A DNA stretch of 64,000 nt from Eledone cirrhosa (GCA_964016885.1 OZ024740.1:203732001-203796000); one strand, 5' to 3'. Shown: positions 15,001 to 29,624, numbered from the stretch's first letter. Translations and numbers: made by a program. Notes: a model not told the origin generated them from the sequence alone.

Positions 15001-18000
15001 GTGTGTTTCTTACCTGGCTATATATTGGTGAGTTTCTTACATGGATATATATTATTGTTTTTCTTACCTGGCTATATATTGGTGTGTTTCTTACCTGGCT
15101 ATATATTGGAGTGTTTCTTACCTGGGTATATATTGATGTGTTTCTTACCTGGCTATATATTGGTGTGTTTCTTACCTGGCTATATATTGGTGTGTTTCTT
15201 ACCTGGCTATATATTGGTATGTTTCTTACCTGGCTATATATTGGTGTTTCCTACCTGGCTATATATTGGTGTTTCTTACGTGCTATATATTGGTATGTTT
15301 CTTACCTGGCTATATATTGGTGTGTTTCTTACCTGGCTATATATAGGTGTGTTTCTTACCTGGCCATATATTGGTGTTTCTTACCTGGCTATATATTGGT
15401 GTGTTTCTTACCTGGCTATATATTGGTATGTTTCTTACCTGGCTATATATTGGTGTTTCCTACCTGGCTATATATTGGTGTGTTTCTTACCTGGCTATAT
15501 ATTGGTATGTTTCTTACCTGGCTATATATTGGTGTTTCTAACCTGGCTATATATTGGTATGTTTCTTACCTGGCTATATATTGGTGTGTTTCTTACCTGG
15601 CTATATATTGGTGTGTTTCTTACCTGGCTATATATTGGTGTTTCTTACCTGGCTATATATTGGTGTTTCTTACTTGGCTATATATTGGTATTGCTTACCT
15701 GGCTATATATTGGTGTGTTTCTTACCTAGCTATATATTGGTATGTTTCTTACCTGGCTATATATTGGTATGTTTCTTACCTGGCTATATATTGGTGTTTC
15801 TTACCTGGCTATATATTGGTATGTTTCTTACCTGGCTATATATTGGTATGTTTCTTACCTGGCTATATATTGGTGTTTCTTACCTGGCTATATATTGGTG
15901 TGTTTCTTACCTGGCTATATATTGGTGTGTTTCTTACCTGGGTATATGTTAGTGTGTTTCTTACCTGGCTATATATTGGTGTTCCTTACCTGGCTATATA
16001 TTGGTATGTTTCTTACCTGGCTATATATTGGTGTTTCTTACCTGGCTATATATTGGTGTGTTTCTTACCTGGCTATATATTGGTGTGTTTCTTACCTGGC
16101 TATATATTGGTGTTTCTTACCTGGCTATATATTGGTGTTTCTTACCTGGCTATATATTGGTGTGTTTCTTACCTGGCTATATATTGGTGTGTTTCTTACC
16201 TGGCTATATATTGGTGTTTCTTACCTGGCTATATATTGGTATGTTTTTTACCTGCCTATATTTTGATGTTTTTCTTACCTGGCTATATATAGGTGTGTTT
16301 CTTACCTGGCCATATATTGGTGTTTCTTACCTGGCTATATATTGGTGTTTCTTACTTGGCTATATATTGGTATTGCTTACCTGGCTATATATTGGTGTGT
16401 TTCTTACCTAGCTATATATTGGTATGTTTCTTACCTGGCTATATATTGGTATGTTTCTTACCTGGCTATATATTGCTGTTTCTTACCAGGCTATATATTG
16501 GTGTGTTTCTTACCTGGCTATATATTGGTGTGTTTCTTACATGGATATATATTAGTGTTTTTCTTACCTGACTATATATTGGTGTGTTTCTTACCTGGCT
16601 ATATATTGGTGTCTTTCTTACCTGGCTATATATTGATGTGTTTCTTACCTGGCTATATATTGGTGTGTTTCTTACCTGGCTATATATTGGTGTGTTTCTT
16701 ACCTGGCTATATATTGGTATGTTTCTTACCTGGCTATATATTGGTGTTTCTTCCTGGCTATATATTGGTGTTCCTTACGTGCTATATATTGGTATGTTTC
16801 TTACCTGGCTATATATTGGTGTGTTTCTTACCTGGCTATATATAGGTGTGTTTCTTACCTGGCTATATATTGGTGTTTCTTACCTGGCTATATATTGGTG
16901 TGTTTCTTACCTGGCTATATATTGGCATGTTTCTTACCTGGCTATATATTGGTGTTTCCTACCTGGCTATATATTGGTGTGTTTCTTACCCGGCTATATA
17001 TTTGTATGTTTCTTACCTGGCTATATATTGGTGTTTCTGACCTGGCTATATATTGGTATGTTTCTTACCAGGCTATATATTGGTGTGTTTCTTACCTGGC
17101 TATATATTGGTGTGTTTCTTACCTGGCTATATATTGGTGTGTTTCTTACCTGACTATATATTGGTGTGTTTCTTACCTGGGTATATATTAGTGTGTTTCT
17201 TACCTGGCTATATACTGGTGTTTCTTACCTGGCTATATATTGGTATGTTTCTTACCTGGCTATATATTGGTGTTTCTTACCTGGTTATATATTGGTGTGT
17301 TTCTTACCTGGCTATATATTGGTGTGTTTCTTACATGGATATATATTATTGTTTTTCTTACCTGGCTATATATTGGTGTGTTTCTTACCTGGCTATATAT
17401 TGGAGTGTTTCTTACCTGGGTATATATTGATGTGTTTCTTACCTGGCTATATATTGGTGTTTCCTACCTGGCTATATATTGGTGTTTCTTACGTGCTATA
17501 TATTGGTATGTTTCTTACCTGGCTATATATTGTTGTGTTTCTTACCTGGCTATATATTGGTATGTTTCTTACCTGGCTATATATTGGTGTTTCTGACCTG
17601 GCTATATATTGGTATGTTTCTTAACTGGCTATATATTGGTGTGTTTCTTACCTGGCTATATATTGGTGTGTTTCTTACCTGGCTATATATTGGTGTTTCT
17701 TACCTGGCTATATATTGGTGTTTCTTACTTGGCTATATATTGGTATTGCTTACCTGGCTATATATTGGTGTGTTTCTTACCTAGCTATATATTGGTATGT
17801 TTCTTACCTGGCTATATATTGGTATGTTTCTTACCTGGCTATATATTGGTGTTTCTTACCTGGCTATATATTGGTATGTTTCTTACCTGGCTATATATTG
17901 GTATGTTTCTTACCTGGCTATATATTGGTGTTTCTTACCTGTCTATATATTGGTATGTTTCTTACCTGGCTATATATTGGTGTTTCTTACCTGGCTATAT

Positions 18001-21000
18001 ATTGGTGTGTTTCTTACCTGGCTATATATTGGTGTGTTTCTTACCTGGGTATATGTTAGTGTGTTTCTTACCTGGCTATATATTGGTGTACCTTACCTGG
18101 CTATATATTGGTATGTTTCTTACCTGGCTATATATTGGTATTTCTTACCTGGCTATATATTGGTGTGTTTCTTACCTGGTTATATATTGGTGTGTTTCTT
18201 ACCTGGCTATATATTGGTGTTTCTTACCTGGCTATATATTGGTGTTTCTTACCTGGCTATATATTGGTGTGTTTCTTACCTGGCTATATATTGGTGTGTT
18301 TCTTACCTGGCTATATATTGGTGTTTCTTACCTGGCTATATATTGGTATGTTTTTTACCTGCCTATATTTTGCTGTTTTTCTTACCTGGCTATATATAGG
18401 TCTGTTTCTTACCTGGCCATATATTGGTGTTTCTTACCTGGCTATATATTGGTGTGTTTCTTACCTGGCTATATATTGGTATGTTTCTTACCTGGCTATA
18501 TATTGGTGTTTCCTACCTGGCTATATATTGGTGTGTTTCTTACCTGGCTATATATTGGTATGTTTCTTACCTGGCTATATATTGGTGTTTCTGACCTGGC
18601 TATATATTGGTATGTTTCTTACCTGGCTATATATTGGTGTGTTTCTTACCTGGCTATATATTGGTGTCTTTCTTACCTGGCTATATATAGATGTGTTTCT
18701 TACCTGGCTATATATTGGTGTGTTTCTTACCTGGCTATATATTGGTGTGTTTCTTACCTGGCTATATATTGGTATGTTTCTTACCTGGCTATATATTGGT
18801 GTTTCCTACCTGGCTATATACTGGTGTTTCTTACGTGCTATATATTGGTATGTTTCTTACCTGGCTATATATTGGTGTGTTTCTTACCTGGCTATATATA
18901 GGTGTGTTTCTTACCTGGCTATATATTGGTGTTTCTTACCTGGCTATATATTGGTGTGTTTCTTACCTGGCTATATATTGGTATGTTTCTTACCTGGCTA
19001 TATATTGGTGTTTCCTCCCTGGCTCTATATTGGTGTGTTTCTTACCCGGCTATATATTGGTATGTTTCTTACCTGGCTATATATTGGTGTTTCTGACCTG
19101 GCTATATATTGGTATGTTTCTTACCTGGCTATATATTGGTGTGTTTCTTACCTGGCTATATATTGGTGTGTTTCTTACCTGGCTATATATTGGTGTGTTT
19201 CTTACCTGACTATATATTGGTGTGTTTCTTACCTGGGTATATATTAGTGTGTTTCTTACTTGGCTATATACTGGTGTTTCTTACCTGGCTATATATTGGT
19301 GTGTTTCTTACCTGGCTATATATTGGTGAGTTTCTTACATGGATATATATTATTGTTTTTCTTACCTGGCTATATATTGGTGTGTTTCTTACCTGGCTAT
19401 ATATTGGAGTGTTTCTTACCTGGGTATATATTGATGTGTTTCTTACCTGGCTATATATTGGTGTGTTTCTTACCTGGCTATATATTGGTGTGTTTCTTAC
19501 CTGGCTATATATTGGTATGTTTCTTACCTGGCTATATATTGGTCTTTCCTACCTGGCTATATATTGGTGTTTCTTACGTGCTATATATTGGTATGTTTCT
19601 TACCTGGCTATATATTGGTGTGTTTCTTACCTGGCTATATATAGGTGTGTTTCTTACCTGGCCATATATTGGTGTTTCTTACCTGGCTATATATTGGTGT
19701 GTTTCTTACCTGGCTATATATTGGTATGTTTCTTACCTGGCTATATATTGGTGTTTCTTACCTGGCTAAATATTGGTATGTTTCTTACCTGGCTATATAT
19801 TGGTATGTTTCTTACCTGGCTATATATTGGTGTTTCTTACCTGGCTATATATTGGTGTGTTTCTTACCTGGCTATATATTGGTGTGTTTCTTACCTGGGT
19901 ATATGTTAGTGTGTTTCTTACCTGGCTATATATTGGTGTTCCTTACCTGGCTATATATTGGTATGTTTCTTACCTGGCTATATATTGGTGTTTCTTACCT
20001 GGCTATATATTGGTGTGTTTCTTACCTGGCTATATATTGGTGTGTTTCTTACCTGGCTATATATTGGTGTTTCTTACCTGGCTATATATTGGTGTTTCTT
20101 ACCTGGCTATATATTTGTGTGTTTCTTACCTGGCTATATATTGGTGTGTTTCTTACCTGGCTATATATTGGTGTTTCTTACCTGGCTATATATTGGTATG
20201 TTTTTTACCTGCCTATATTTTGCTGTTTTTCTTACCTGGCTATATATAGGTGTGTTTCTTACCTGGCCATATATTGGTGTTTCTTACCTGGCTATATATT
20301 GGTGTTTCTGACCTGGCTATATATTGGTATGTTTCTTACCTGGCTATATATTGGTGTGTTTCTAACCTGGCTATATATTGGTGTGTTTCTTACCTGGCTA
20401 TATATTGGTGTTTCTTACCTGGCTATATATTGGTGTTTCTTACTTGGCTATATATTGGTATTGCTTACCTGGCTATATATTGGTGTGTTTCTTACCTAGC
20501 TATATATTGGTATGTTTCTTACCTGGCTATATATTGGTATGTTTCTTACCTGGCTATATACTGGTGTTTCTGACCTGGCTATATTTTGGTATGTTTCTTA
20601 CCTGGCTATATATTGGTATGTTTCTTACCTGGCTATATATTGGTGTTTCTTACCTGGCTATATATTGGTATGTTTCTTACCTGGCTATACATTGGTGTTT
20701 CTTACCTGGCTATATATTGGTGTGTTTCTTACCTGGCTATATATTGGTGTGTTTCTTACCTGGGTATATGTTAGTGTGTTTCTTACCTGGCTATATATTG
20801 GTGTTCCTTACCTGGCTATATATTGGTATGTTTCTTACCTGGCTATATATTGGTGTTTCTTACCTGGCTATATATTGGTGTGTTTCTTACCTGGCTATAT
20901 ATTGGTGTGTTTCTTACCTGGCTATATATTGGTGTTTCTTACCTGGCTATATATTGGTGTTTCTTACCTGGCTATATATTGGTGTGTTTCTTACCTGGCT

Positions 21001-24000
21001 ATATATTGGTGTTTCTTACCTGGCTATATATTGGTGTGTTTCTTACCTGGCTATATATTGGTGTTCTTTACCTGGCTATATATATTGGTATGTTTCTTAC
21101 CTGGCTATACATTGGTATGTTTCTTACCTGGCTATATATTGGTGTTTCTTACCTGGCTATATATTGGTATGTTTCTTACCTGGCTATATATTAGTATGTT
21201 TCTTACCTGGCTATATATTGGTGTTTCTTACCTGGCTATATATTGGTATGTTTTTTACCTGCCTATATTTTGTTGTTTTTCTTACCTGGCTATATATAAG
21301 TGTGTTTCTTACCTGGCCATATATTGGTGTTTCTTACCTGGCTATATATTGGTGTGTTTCTTACCTGGCTATATATTGGTATGTTTCTTACCTGGCTATA
21401 TATTGGAGTTTCCTACCTGGCTATATATTGGTGTGTTTCTTACCTGGCTATATATTGGTATGTTTCTTACCTGGCTATATATTGGTGTTTCTGACCTGGC
21501 TATATATTGGTATGTTTCTTACCTGGCTATATATTGGTGTGTTTCTTACCTGGCTATATATTGGTGTGTTTCTTACCTGGCTATATATTGGTGTTTCTTA
21601 CCTGGCTATATATTGGTGTTTCTTACTTGGCTATATATTGGTATTGCTTACCTGGCTATATATTGGTGTGTTTCTTACCTAGCTATATATTGGTATGTTT
21701 CTTACCTGGCTATATATTGGTATGTTCCTTACCTGGCTATATATTGGTGTTTCTTACCTGGCTATATATTGGTATGTTTCTTACCTGGCTACATATTGGT
21801 ATGTTTCTTACCTGGCTATATATTGGTGTTTCTTACCTGGCTATATATTGGTATGTTTCTTACCTGGCTATATATTGGTGTTTCTTACCTGGCTATATAT
21901 TGGTGTGTTTCTTACCTGGCTATATATTGGTGTGTTTCTTACCTGGGTATATGTTAGTGTGTTTCTTACCTGGCTATATATTGGTGTTCCTTACCTGGCT
22001 ATATATTGGTATGTTTCTTACCTGGCTATATATTAGTATGTTTCTTACCTGGCTATATATTGGTGTTTCTTACCTGGCTATATATTGGTATGTTTTTTAC
22101 CTGCCTATACTTTGCTGTTTTTCTTACCTGGCTATATATTGGTATGTTTCTTACCTAGCTATATATTGGTGTGTTTCTTACCTGGCTATATATTGGTATT
22201 TTCTTACCTGGCTATATATTGGTATGTTTCTTACCTGGCTATATATTGGTGTTTCTTACCTGGCTATATATTGGTATGTTTCTTACCTGGCTATATATTG
22301 GTATGTTTCTTACCTGGCTATATATTGGTGTTTCTTACCTGGCTATATATTGGTATGTTTCTTACATGGCTATATATTGGTGTTTCTTACCTGGCTATAT
22401 ATCGGTGTGTTTCTTACTTGGCTATATATTGGTTTGTTTCTTACCTGGGTATATATTAGTGTGTTTCCTACCTGGCTATATATTGGTGTTTCTTACCTGG
22501 CTATATATTGGTGCTTCTTACCTGGCTATATATTGGTATGTTGCTTACTTGCTATATATTGGTGTTTCTTACCTGGCTATATATTGGTGTTTTTTACCTG
22601 GCTATATATTGCTGTGTCTTACCTGGCTATATATATTGGTATGTTTCTTACCTGGCTATATATTGGTATGTTTCTTACCTGGCTATATATTGGTGTTTCT
22701 TACCTGGCTATATATTGGTATGTTTCTTACCTGGCTATATATTAGTATGTTTCTTACCTGGCTATATATTGGTGTTTCTTACCTGGCTATATATTGGTAT
22801 GTTTTTTACCTGCCTATATTTTGCTGTTTTTCTTACCTGGCTATATATTGGTATGTTTCTTACCTAGCTATATATTGGTGTGTTTCTTACCTGGCTATAT
22901 ATTGGTATGTTTCTTACCTGGCTATATATTGGTATGTTTCTTACCTGGCTATATATTGGTGTTTCTTACCTGGCTATATATTGGTATGTTTCTTACCTGG
23001 CTATATATTGGTATGTTTCTTACCTGGCTATATATTGGTGTTTCTTACCTGGCTATATATTGGTATGTTTCTTACATGGCTATATATTGGTGTTTCTTAC
23101 CTGGCTATATATCGGTGTGTTTCTTACTTGGCTATATATTGGTGTGTTTCTTACCTGGGTATATATTAGTGTGTTTCTTACCTGGCTATATATTGGTGTT
23201 TCTTACCTGGCTATATATTGGTGCTTCTTACCTGGCTATATATTGGTATGTTGCTTACTTGCTATATATTGGTGTTTCTTACCTGGCTATATATTGGTGT
23301 TTTTTACCTGGCTATATATTGCTGTGTCTTACCTGGCTATATATTGGTGCTTCTTACCTGGCTATATATTGGCATGTTTCTTACCTGGCTATATATTGGT
23401 GTGTTTCTTACCTGGCTATATATTGGTGTTTCTTACCTGGCTATATATTGGTATGTTTCTTACCTGGCTATATATTGGTGTTTCTTACCTGGCTATATAT
23501 TGGTGTTTCTTACCTGGCTATATATTGGTGCTTCTTACCTGGCTATATATTGGTATGTCTCTTACCTGGCTATATATTGGTGTGTTTCTTACCTGGCTAT
23601 ATATTGGTGTATCTTACCTGGCTATATATTGGTGTTTCTTACCTGGCTATATATTGGTGTGTTTCTTACCTGGCTATATATTGGTATGTTCCTTACCTGG
23701 CTATATATTGGTGTTTCTGACCTGGCTATATATTGGTATGTTTCTTACCTGGCTATATATTGGTGTGTTTCTTACCTGGCTATATATTGGTGTGTTTCTT
23801 ACCTGGCTTTATATTGGTGTTTCTTACTTGGCTATATATTGGTGTTTCTTACCTGGCTATATATTGGTATTGCTTACCTGGCTATATATTGGTGTGTTTC
23901 TTACCTGGCTATACATTGGTGTTTCTGACTTGGCTATATATTGGTGTTTCTTACCTGGCTATATATTGGTATTTCTGACCTGGCTATATATTGGTGTTTC

Positions 24001-26316
24001 TTACCTGGCTATATATTGGTGTTTCTTACCTGGCTATATATTGGTACTTCTTACCTGGCTATATATTGGTGTTTCTTACCTGGCTATATATTGGTATGTT
24101 TTTTACCTGGCTATATATTGGTATGTTTCTTACCTGGCCTTATATTGGTGTTTCCTACCTGGCTGTATTTTGGTATGTTTCTTACCTGGCTATATAATGG
24201 TATGTTTCTTACCTGGCTATATATTGGTGTTTCTTACCTGACTATATATTGGTGTTTCTTACCTGACTATATATTGGTGTTTCTTACCTGGCTATATATT
24301 GGTATGTTTCTTACCTGGCTATATATTGGTGTTTCTTACCTGGCTATATATTGATGTGTTTCTTACCTGGCTATATATTGGTGTGTTTCTTACCTGACTA
24401 TATATTGGTGTGTTTCTTACCTGGCTATATATTGGTGTTCTTAACCTGGCTATATATATTGGTATGTTTCTTACCTTGCTATATATTGGTATGTTTCTTA
24501 CCTCGCTATATATTGGTGTTTCTTACCTGGCTATATATTGGTATTGCTTACCTGGCTATATATTGGTATGTTTCTTACCTGGGTATATATTGGTGTGTTT
24601 CTTACCTGGCTATATATTGGTGTTTCTTACCTGACTATATATTGGCGTTTCTTACCTGGCTATATATTGGTATTGCTTACCTGGCTATATATTGGTATGT
24701 TTCTTACCTGGCTATATATTGGTGTTTCTTACCTGGCTATATATTGGTGTTTCTTACCTGGCTATATATTGGTGTTTTTTACCTGGCTATATATTGGTGT
24801 TTCTTACCTGGCTATATATTGGTGCTTCTTACATGGCTATATATTGGTATGTTGCTTACCTGGCTATATATTGGTGTGTTTCTTACCTGGCTATATATTG
24901 GTGTTTCTTACCTGGCTATATATTGGTGTGTTTCTTACCTGGCTATATATTGGTGTTCTTTACCTGGCTATATATATTGGTATGTTTCTTACCTGGCTAT
25001 ATATTGGTATGTTTCTTACCTGGCTATATATTGGTGTTTCTTACCTGGCTATATATTGGTATGTTTCTTACCTGGCTATATATTAGTATGTTTCTTACCT
25101 GGCTATATATTGGTGTTTCTTACCTGGCTATATATTGGTATGTTTTTTACCTGCCTATATTTTGCTGTTTTTCTTACCTGGCTATATATTGGTGTGTTTC
25201 TTACCTGGCTATATATTGGTGTTTCTTACCTGGCTATATATTGGTGTTTCTTACCTGGCTATATATTGGTGTTTCTTACCTGGCTATATATTGGTATGTT
25301 GCTTACCTGGCTATATATTGGTGTTTCGTACCTGGCTATATATTGGTGTTTCTTACCTGGGTATATATTGGTGTTTCTTACCTGGCTATATATTGGTGTT
25401 TCGTACCTGGCTATATATTGGTGTTTCTTACCTGGCTATATAGTGGTGTTTCGTACCTGGCTATATAATGGTGTTTCTTACCTGGCTATATATTGGTGTT
25501 TCGTAACTGGCTATATATTGGTGTTTCGTACCTGGCTATATATTGGTGTTTCTTACCTGGCTATATATTGGCGTTTCTTACCTGTCTATATATTGGTGTT
25601 TCTTACCCGTCTATATATTAGTGTTTCTTACCTGGCTATATATTGGTGTGTTTCTTACCTGGCTATATATTGGTGTTTCTTACCTGGCTGTATATTGGTG
25701 TTTCTTACCTGTCTATATATTGGTGTTTCTTACCTGGCTATTTATTGGTGTGTTTCTTACCTGGCTATATATTGGTGTTTCTTACCTGGCTATATATTGG
25801 TATGTTGCTTACCTGGCTATATATTGGTGTGTTTCTTACCTGGCTATATATTGGTGTTTCGTACCTGGCTATATATTGGTGTTTCTTACCTGGGTATATT
25901 TTGGTATGTTTCTTACCTGGCTATATATTGGTGTTTCTTACCTGGCTATATATTGGTGTTTCGTACCTGGCTATATATTGGTGTTTCTTACCTGTCTATA
26001 TATTGGTGTTTCGTACCTGGCTATATATTGGTGTTTCTTACCTGGCTATATACTGGTGCTTCTTACCTGGCTATATATTGGTATTGCTTACCTGGGTATA
26101 TATTGGTGTTTCTTACCTGGGTATATATTGGTGTTTCTTACCTGGCTATATATTGGTGTTTCTCACCTGGCTATATATTGCTATGTTTCTTACCTGGCTA
26201 TATATTGGTGTTTCTTACCTGGCTATATATTGATAAGTTTCTTACGTGGCTATATATTGGTGTGTTTCTTACCTGGCTATATATTGGTGTTTCTTACCTG
26301 GCTATATATTGGTGTT
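1..26316. repeat. Giant minisatellite of mixed 25-bp (TTACCTGGCTATATATTGGTGTTTC) and 27-bp (TTACCTGGCTATATATTGGTRTGTTTC) units, about 1,000 copies; runs off the left edge
   Basis: Read directly. The array ends abruptly at ...ctatatattggtgtt|ctttcggacg. It explains all CFLPGYILV, FLTWLYIG and SYLAIYW ORFs. Confidence 0.99.
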
Positions 26317-26479
26317 CTTTCGGACGTAGCATCGTCCAATAGCAAAATAATTCGTTACCTAATTATTAGTTCCCGTGGTCAATATCAATGCATGACATTT
26401 TGGGAAAGTTTCACCTACCATATCCTCAGCCCGGCCCATGCCTATTGAATTCAACTGTGATGACTGAGGTCCGCAGATT

Positions 26480-26955
26480 GACTGTAAACGGCCAGTCCTG
26501 TTACACACCGTGTCGAAGACCGGATTTAAAGGGGGGGGGGGATTGGCCTGGCATTCCAGTGGGGGAGGGGGCACCACCAGCGACGGCTGTAGCAATTTAT
26601 TTCTGCCCTCAGCTGGGCTTTTTAGCTTTAGCGTGGTTAAAATTATAAATTTAATACCTGTATATATATATTGTCAATTCCAATTACTTACGCCAACCTC
26701 ACTTTGATATGTAAAATGGGGGGCGGGAGCTGTTTGCTGTGTATTCTAATTTTTTGTGTATGAGGGGCCCTATAAATCTGAAGTGCCCCGTACCCATTAA
26801 GGTCTAAATCCAACCCTGACCGTGTCACGCTGAATTTCCCCAAGATTTATATTCAGGCAACAATTACTTGTAGAATGATCAGCCATTTACAAGTCAATTT
26901 CACGGGGAGACTCTTTCGTGGATCGAACAAATAAAACACTCATCGTCGAAATTAA
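26480..26955 (+). mobile_element. Old diverged SINE-like repeat interrupted by the hAT MITE
   Basis: 26870-26950 resembles the reverse complement of 57421-57503 (tcagcca...aatttcacg...gatcgaacaa...tcgaaa). Boundaries are approximate. Confidence 0.45.
26515..26818. mobile_element. hAT-superfamily MITE, copy 1
   Basis: Perfect 8-bp TSD ACCGTGTC at 26507-26514 and 26819-26826. Right TIR is AAATCCAACCCTG; left TIR is decayed (GAAGACCGGATTT). The body is homologous to 56945-57209. Confidence 0.85.
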
Positions 26956-27673
26956 CAGAGGTTCAATACACTCCAGATATCTTTGAGAGCTTGTAAATTG
27001 ATATAGGAAACGACAACAGCTCATTCTATTCCGCTGAAATAACGAAGTTGTTGCAAATAAAATGAGGCAACTTTCCTCGACAAGCAGCAAGTTAAGTAAA
27101 TTAGATATAGAAATAGAAAGAACGAAGTTGATTTTATTTGATATACAGAAGTGGTTTCCACTTAACATACATCCAATTCAACAATATATTTAGAAAATTG
27201 ATTGTAGGCAGTAAAGATTAGTCTAAAATGGAGAACAAGCTCCTATCATTGTTACAGAATATATATAACATTAAATTTAAAAGACAGTAATACCGCCATC
27301 ATCTGACATTTGTAAGTTGATTTATAAGACAGAATTTTAATTTTAAATTGTAACAATAGCAGATACGAAGTACACTCACGGCCATACACTGACAGAATTA
27401 CACACAGGCCCAAGCAGGCAAGCACAGACATGCACATACATATACATGCATGCACAAACACATGCATTGCACACAGTCATGCATGCACACAGTCATGCAC
27501 ACACACACACACACACAAAGATGTACACACACACAAACTTAGGTGTTATACATACGTACCCCAAATCTCTCACTATATATATATATATTTCCTCCATTTT
27601 TTCTTTTGTTATTCTCGTCTCTCTTCCCATTTCTTCTTTCTCCCAAATATCCTCACTTTTCTTTTTAATTCTA

Positions 27674-27709
27674 TCTTCTGATGAAGCACTAACGTCCGAA
27701 ACGCTAAGA
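27674..27709 (+). ncRNA. Decayed minimal hammerhead ribozyme, same family as 33377-33412
   Basis: TCTT-CTGATGA-agcactaacgtcc-GAAA-CGCT-AAGA. U16.1 is changed to C and stem II is damaged. The downstream flank (tcaagcgttaa.ctaatat) is shared with the 33.3-kb copy. Confidence 0.5.
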
Positions 27710-27847
27710 CTCCTTTCCTAGCATATCAAGCGTTAAGCTAATATGCGTCATCTTTGTAGTATATCGTCCTCTCATGTTTTTCCTTGTCTTTTCTTATATA
27801 TATAGTAAAAAATAGAAAGAATTTAAGTAGTCCCTAATATTATATAT

Positions 27848-27970
<123 letters not shown>

Positions 27971-28042
27971 TTGTATATATATGTATATTTGTATATTGTA
28001 TATATATATATAATATCAAAAGATGGTTAAAAGAGTTCCATG

Positions 28043-28113
28043 TATTTTATTATGCGCATTTCAAAAACAAATATCATCATGCAATAACATTTGTGTTTTC
28101 ATCAGATAAAATA
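28043..28113 (-). ncRNA. Minimal type-I hammerhead ribozyme
   Basis: Minus strand: TATTTTAT-CTGATGA-long stem II-GAAA-TGCGCA-TA^ATAAAATA. Stem I is 8 bp; stem III is the palindrome ATGCGCAT. Confidence 0.85.
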
Positions 28114-28231
28114 GGAACACATGATATGAAGGTTAAAGAACACTTGTGGATAGTGCAGTTTTAAATCAACATATGTTGATTTAAAACTGCACTATCCACA
28201 AGTGTTCTTTAACTTTCATATCATGTCTTCC

Positions 28232-28302
28232 TATTTTATCTGATGAAAACACAAATGTTATTGCATGATGATATTTGTTTTTGAAATGCACATAATAAAA
28301 TA
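28232..28302 (+). ncRNA. Minimal type-I hammerhead ribozyme, mirror copy
   Basis: TATTTTAT-CTGATGA-aaacacaaatgttattgcatgatgatatttgttttt-GAAA-TGCACA-TA^ATAAAATA. Confidence 0.8.
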
Positions 28303-28425
28303 CATGGAACTCTTTTAACCATCTTTTGATCTTATATATTATGTATACTCCAGTCCTACAAACTGTAGAGTGCTTCTTATCCGATATCTGCATTGCTTTA
28401 TTGTACTACAATAAAACTCACCTCC

Positions 28426-28537
<112 letters not shown>

Positions 28538-28752
28538 TATATATGTATATATATATATATATGTATGTATATATATATATAAGAGGAAACAGAAAACGCG
28601 GAAGAGACAAGCATATCTGCTCATCGGCTGTCTTCCTGGAGATCAATGTAACTTCGGATGCTTTATCAGACAAGACTATTCACAGCCAGTGTTTCAATAG
28701 AAACCACTGAATTGGAGAGCCATTCTCCCCGCGCCTCTCTCTCTCTCTTCCC

Positions 28753-28845
<93 letters not shown>

Positions 28846-28947
28846 TATAGAAATCATTTCTACAGGACTAGTTTCATTCGTTTGAAATCACTTAGGAAAT
28901 CAAAAGATTTTGGTCAAGATCGGTATTTATATATTACAGTGGGAAGA

Positions 28948-29062
28948 GAAGAAGAAGAAGAAGAAGAAGAAGAAGAAGAAGAAGAAGAAGAAGAAGAAGA
29001 AGAAGAAGAAGAAGAAGAAGAAGAAGAAGAAGAAGAAGAAGAAGAACAACAACAACAACAAC
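28948..29062. repeat. (GAA)n-(CAA)n microsatellite
   Basis: Read directly; the source of the poly-E/K/F ORFs. Confidence 0.95.
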
Positions 29063-29426
29063 TTAAGCCGACGTGTAGTAAATAAGGCTCCTAATTTCCA
29101 TAAAAATGCATACACTGATAACAGGCTCCTAAGCCCTCCAACTAACTCACCTTATCACATTCAGCTGCACACCAACCAGAGACTTTATCTCTCCAATACT
29201 AAAACTAATACATTTCAAACATTCCACTCCACCACATTCTTCCTCCAAAATAATAACAACAACACCACCCTTCTTCTTCTTCTTCTTCTTCTTCTTCTTC
29301 TTCTTCTAAATATATAAATACCGAACTTGATTTTATAAATATTTGATTTTCCTGATGATTTTAAACGAATAAAACCGTTCTAATCGTGCAAAAGTCATCC
29401 TTATATATATATATATATATAAGAAT

Positions 29427-29478
<52 letters not shown>

Positions 29479-29624
29479 AATGAATAATAACAGGTAGACA
29501 TCATAAAAAGGTAGTTTATTCCGTGTGCTTACAAGTGTTTCCACGGTGGTACTGCAGCCTAGTTCCGCTACGTGCAAATCCAGTGTAGTAATTAACCATC
29601 ACTGCATCTTGGATAATCCTATAC

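Noticed and set aside
1-26316. CRISPR array or U1 snRNA gene cluster
   Set aside because: There are no unique spacers or cas genes, the context is eukaryotic, and only 10 nt match U1 with none of its stem-loops.
1-26316. Array of TATA, CCAAT or CArG promoter motifs (ccaatatatag)
   Set aside because: The motifs are short and AT-rich and do not fit CC(A/T)6GG; there is no independent support.
1-26448. More than 100 overlapping hydrophobic ORFs up to 717 aa
   Set aside because: The unit has no stop codon in any + frame, and 25-mers shift frame freely. There is no frame preservation, so these are satellite artefacts.
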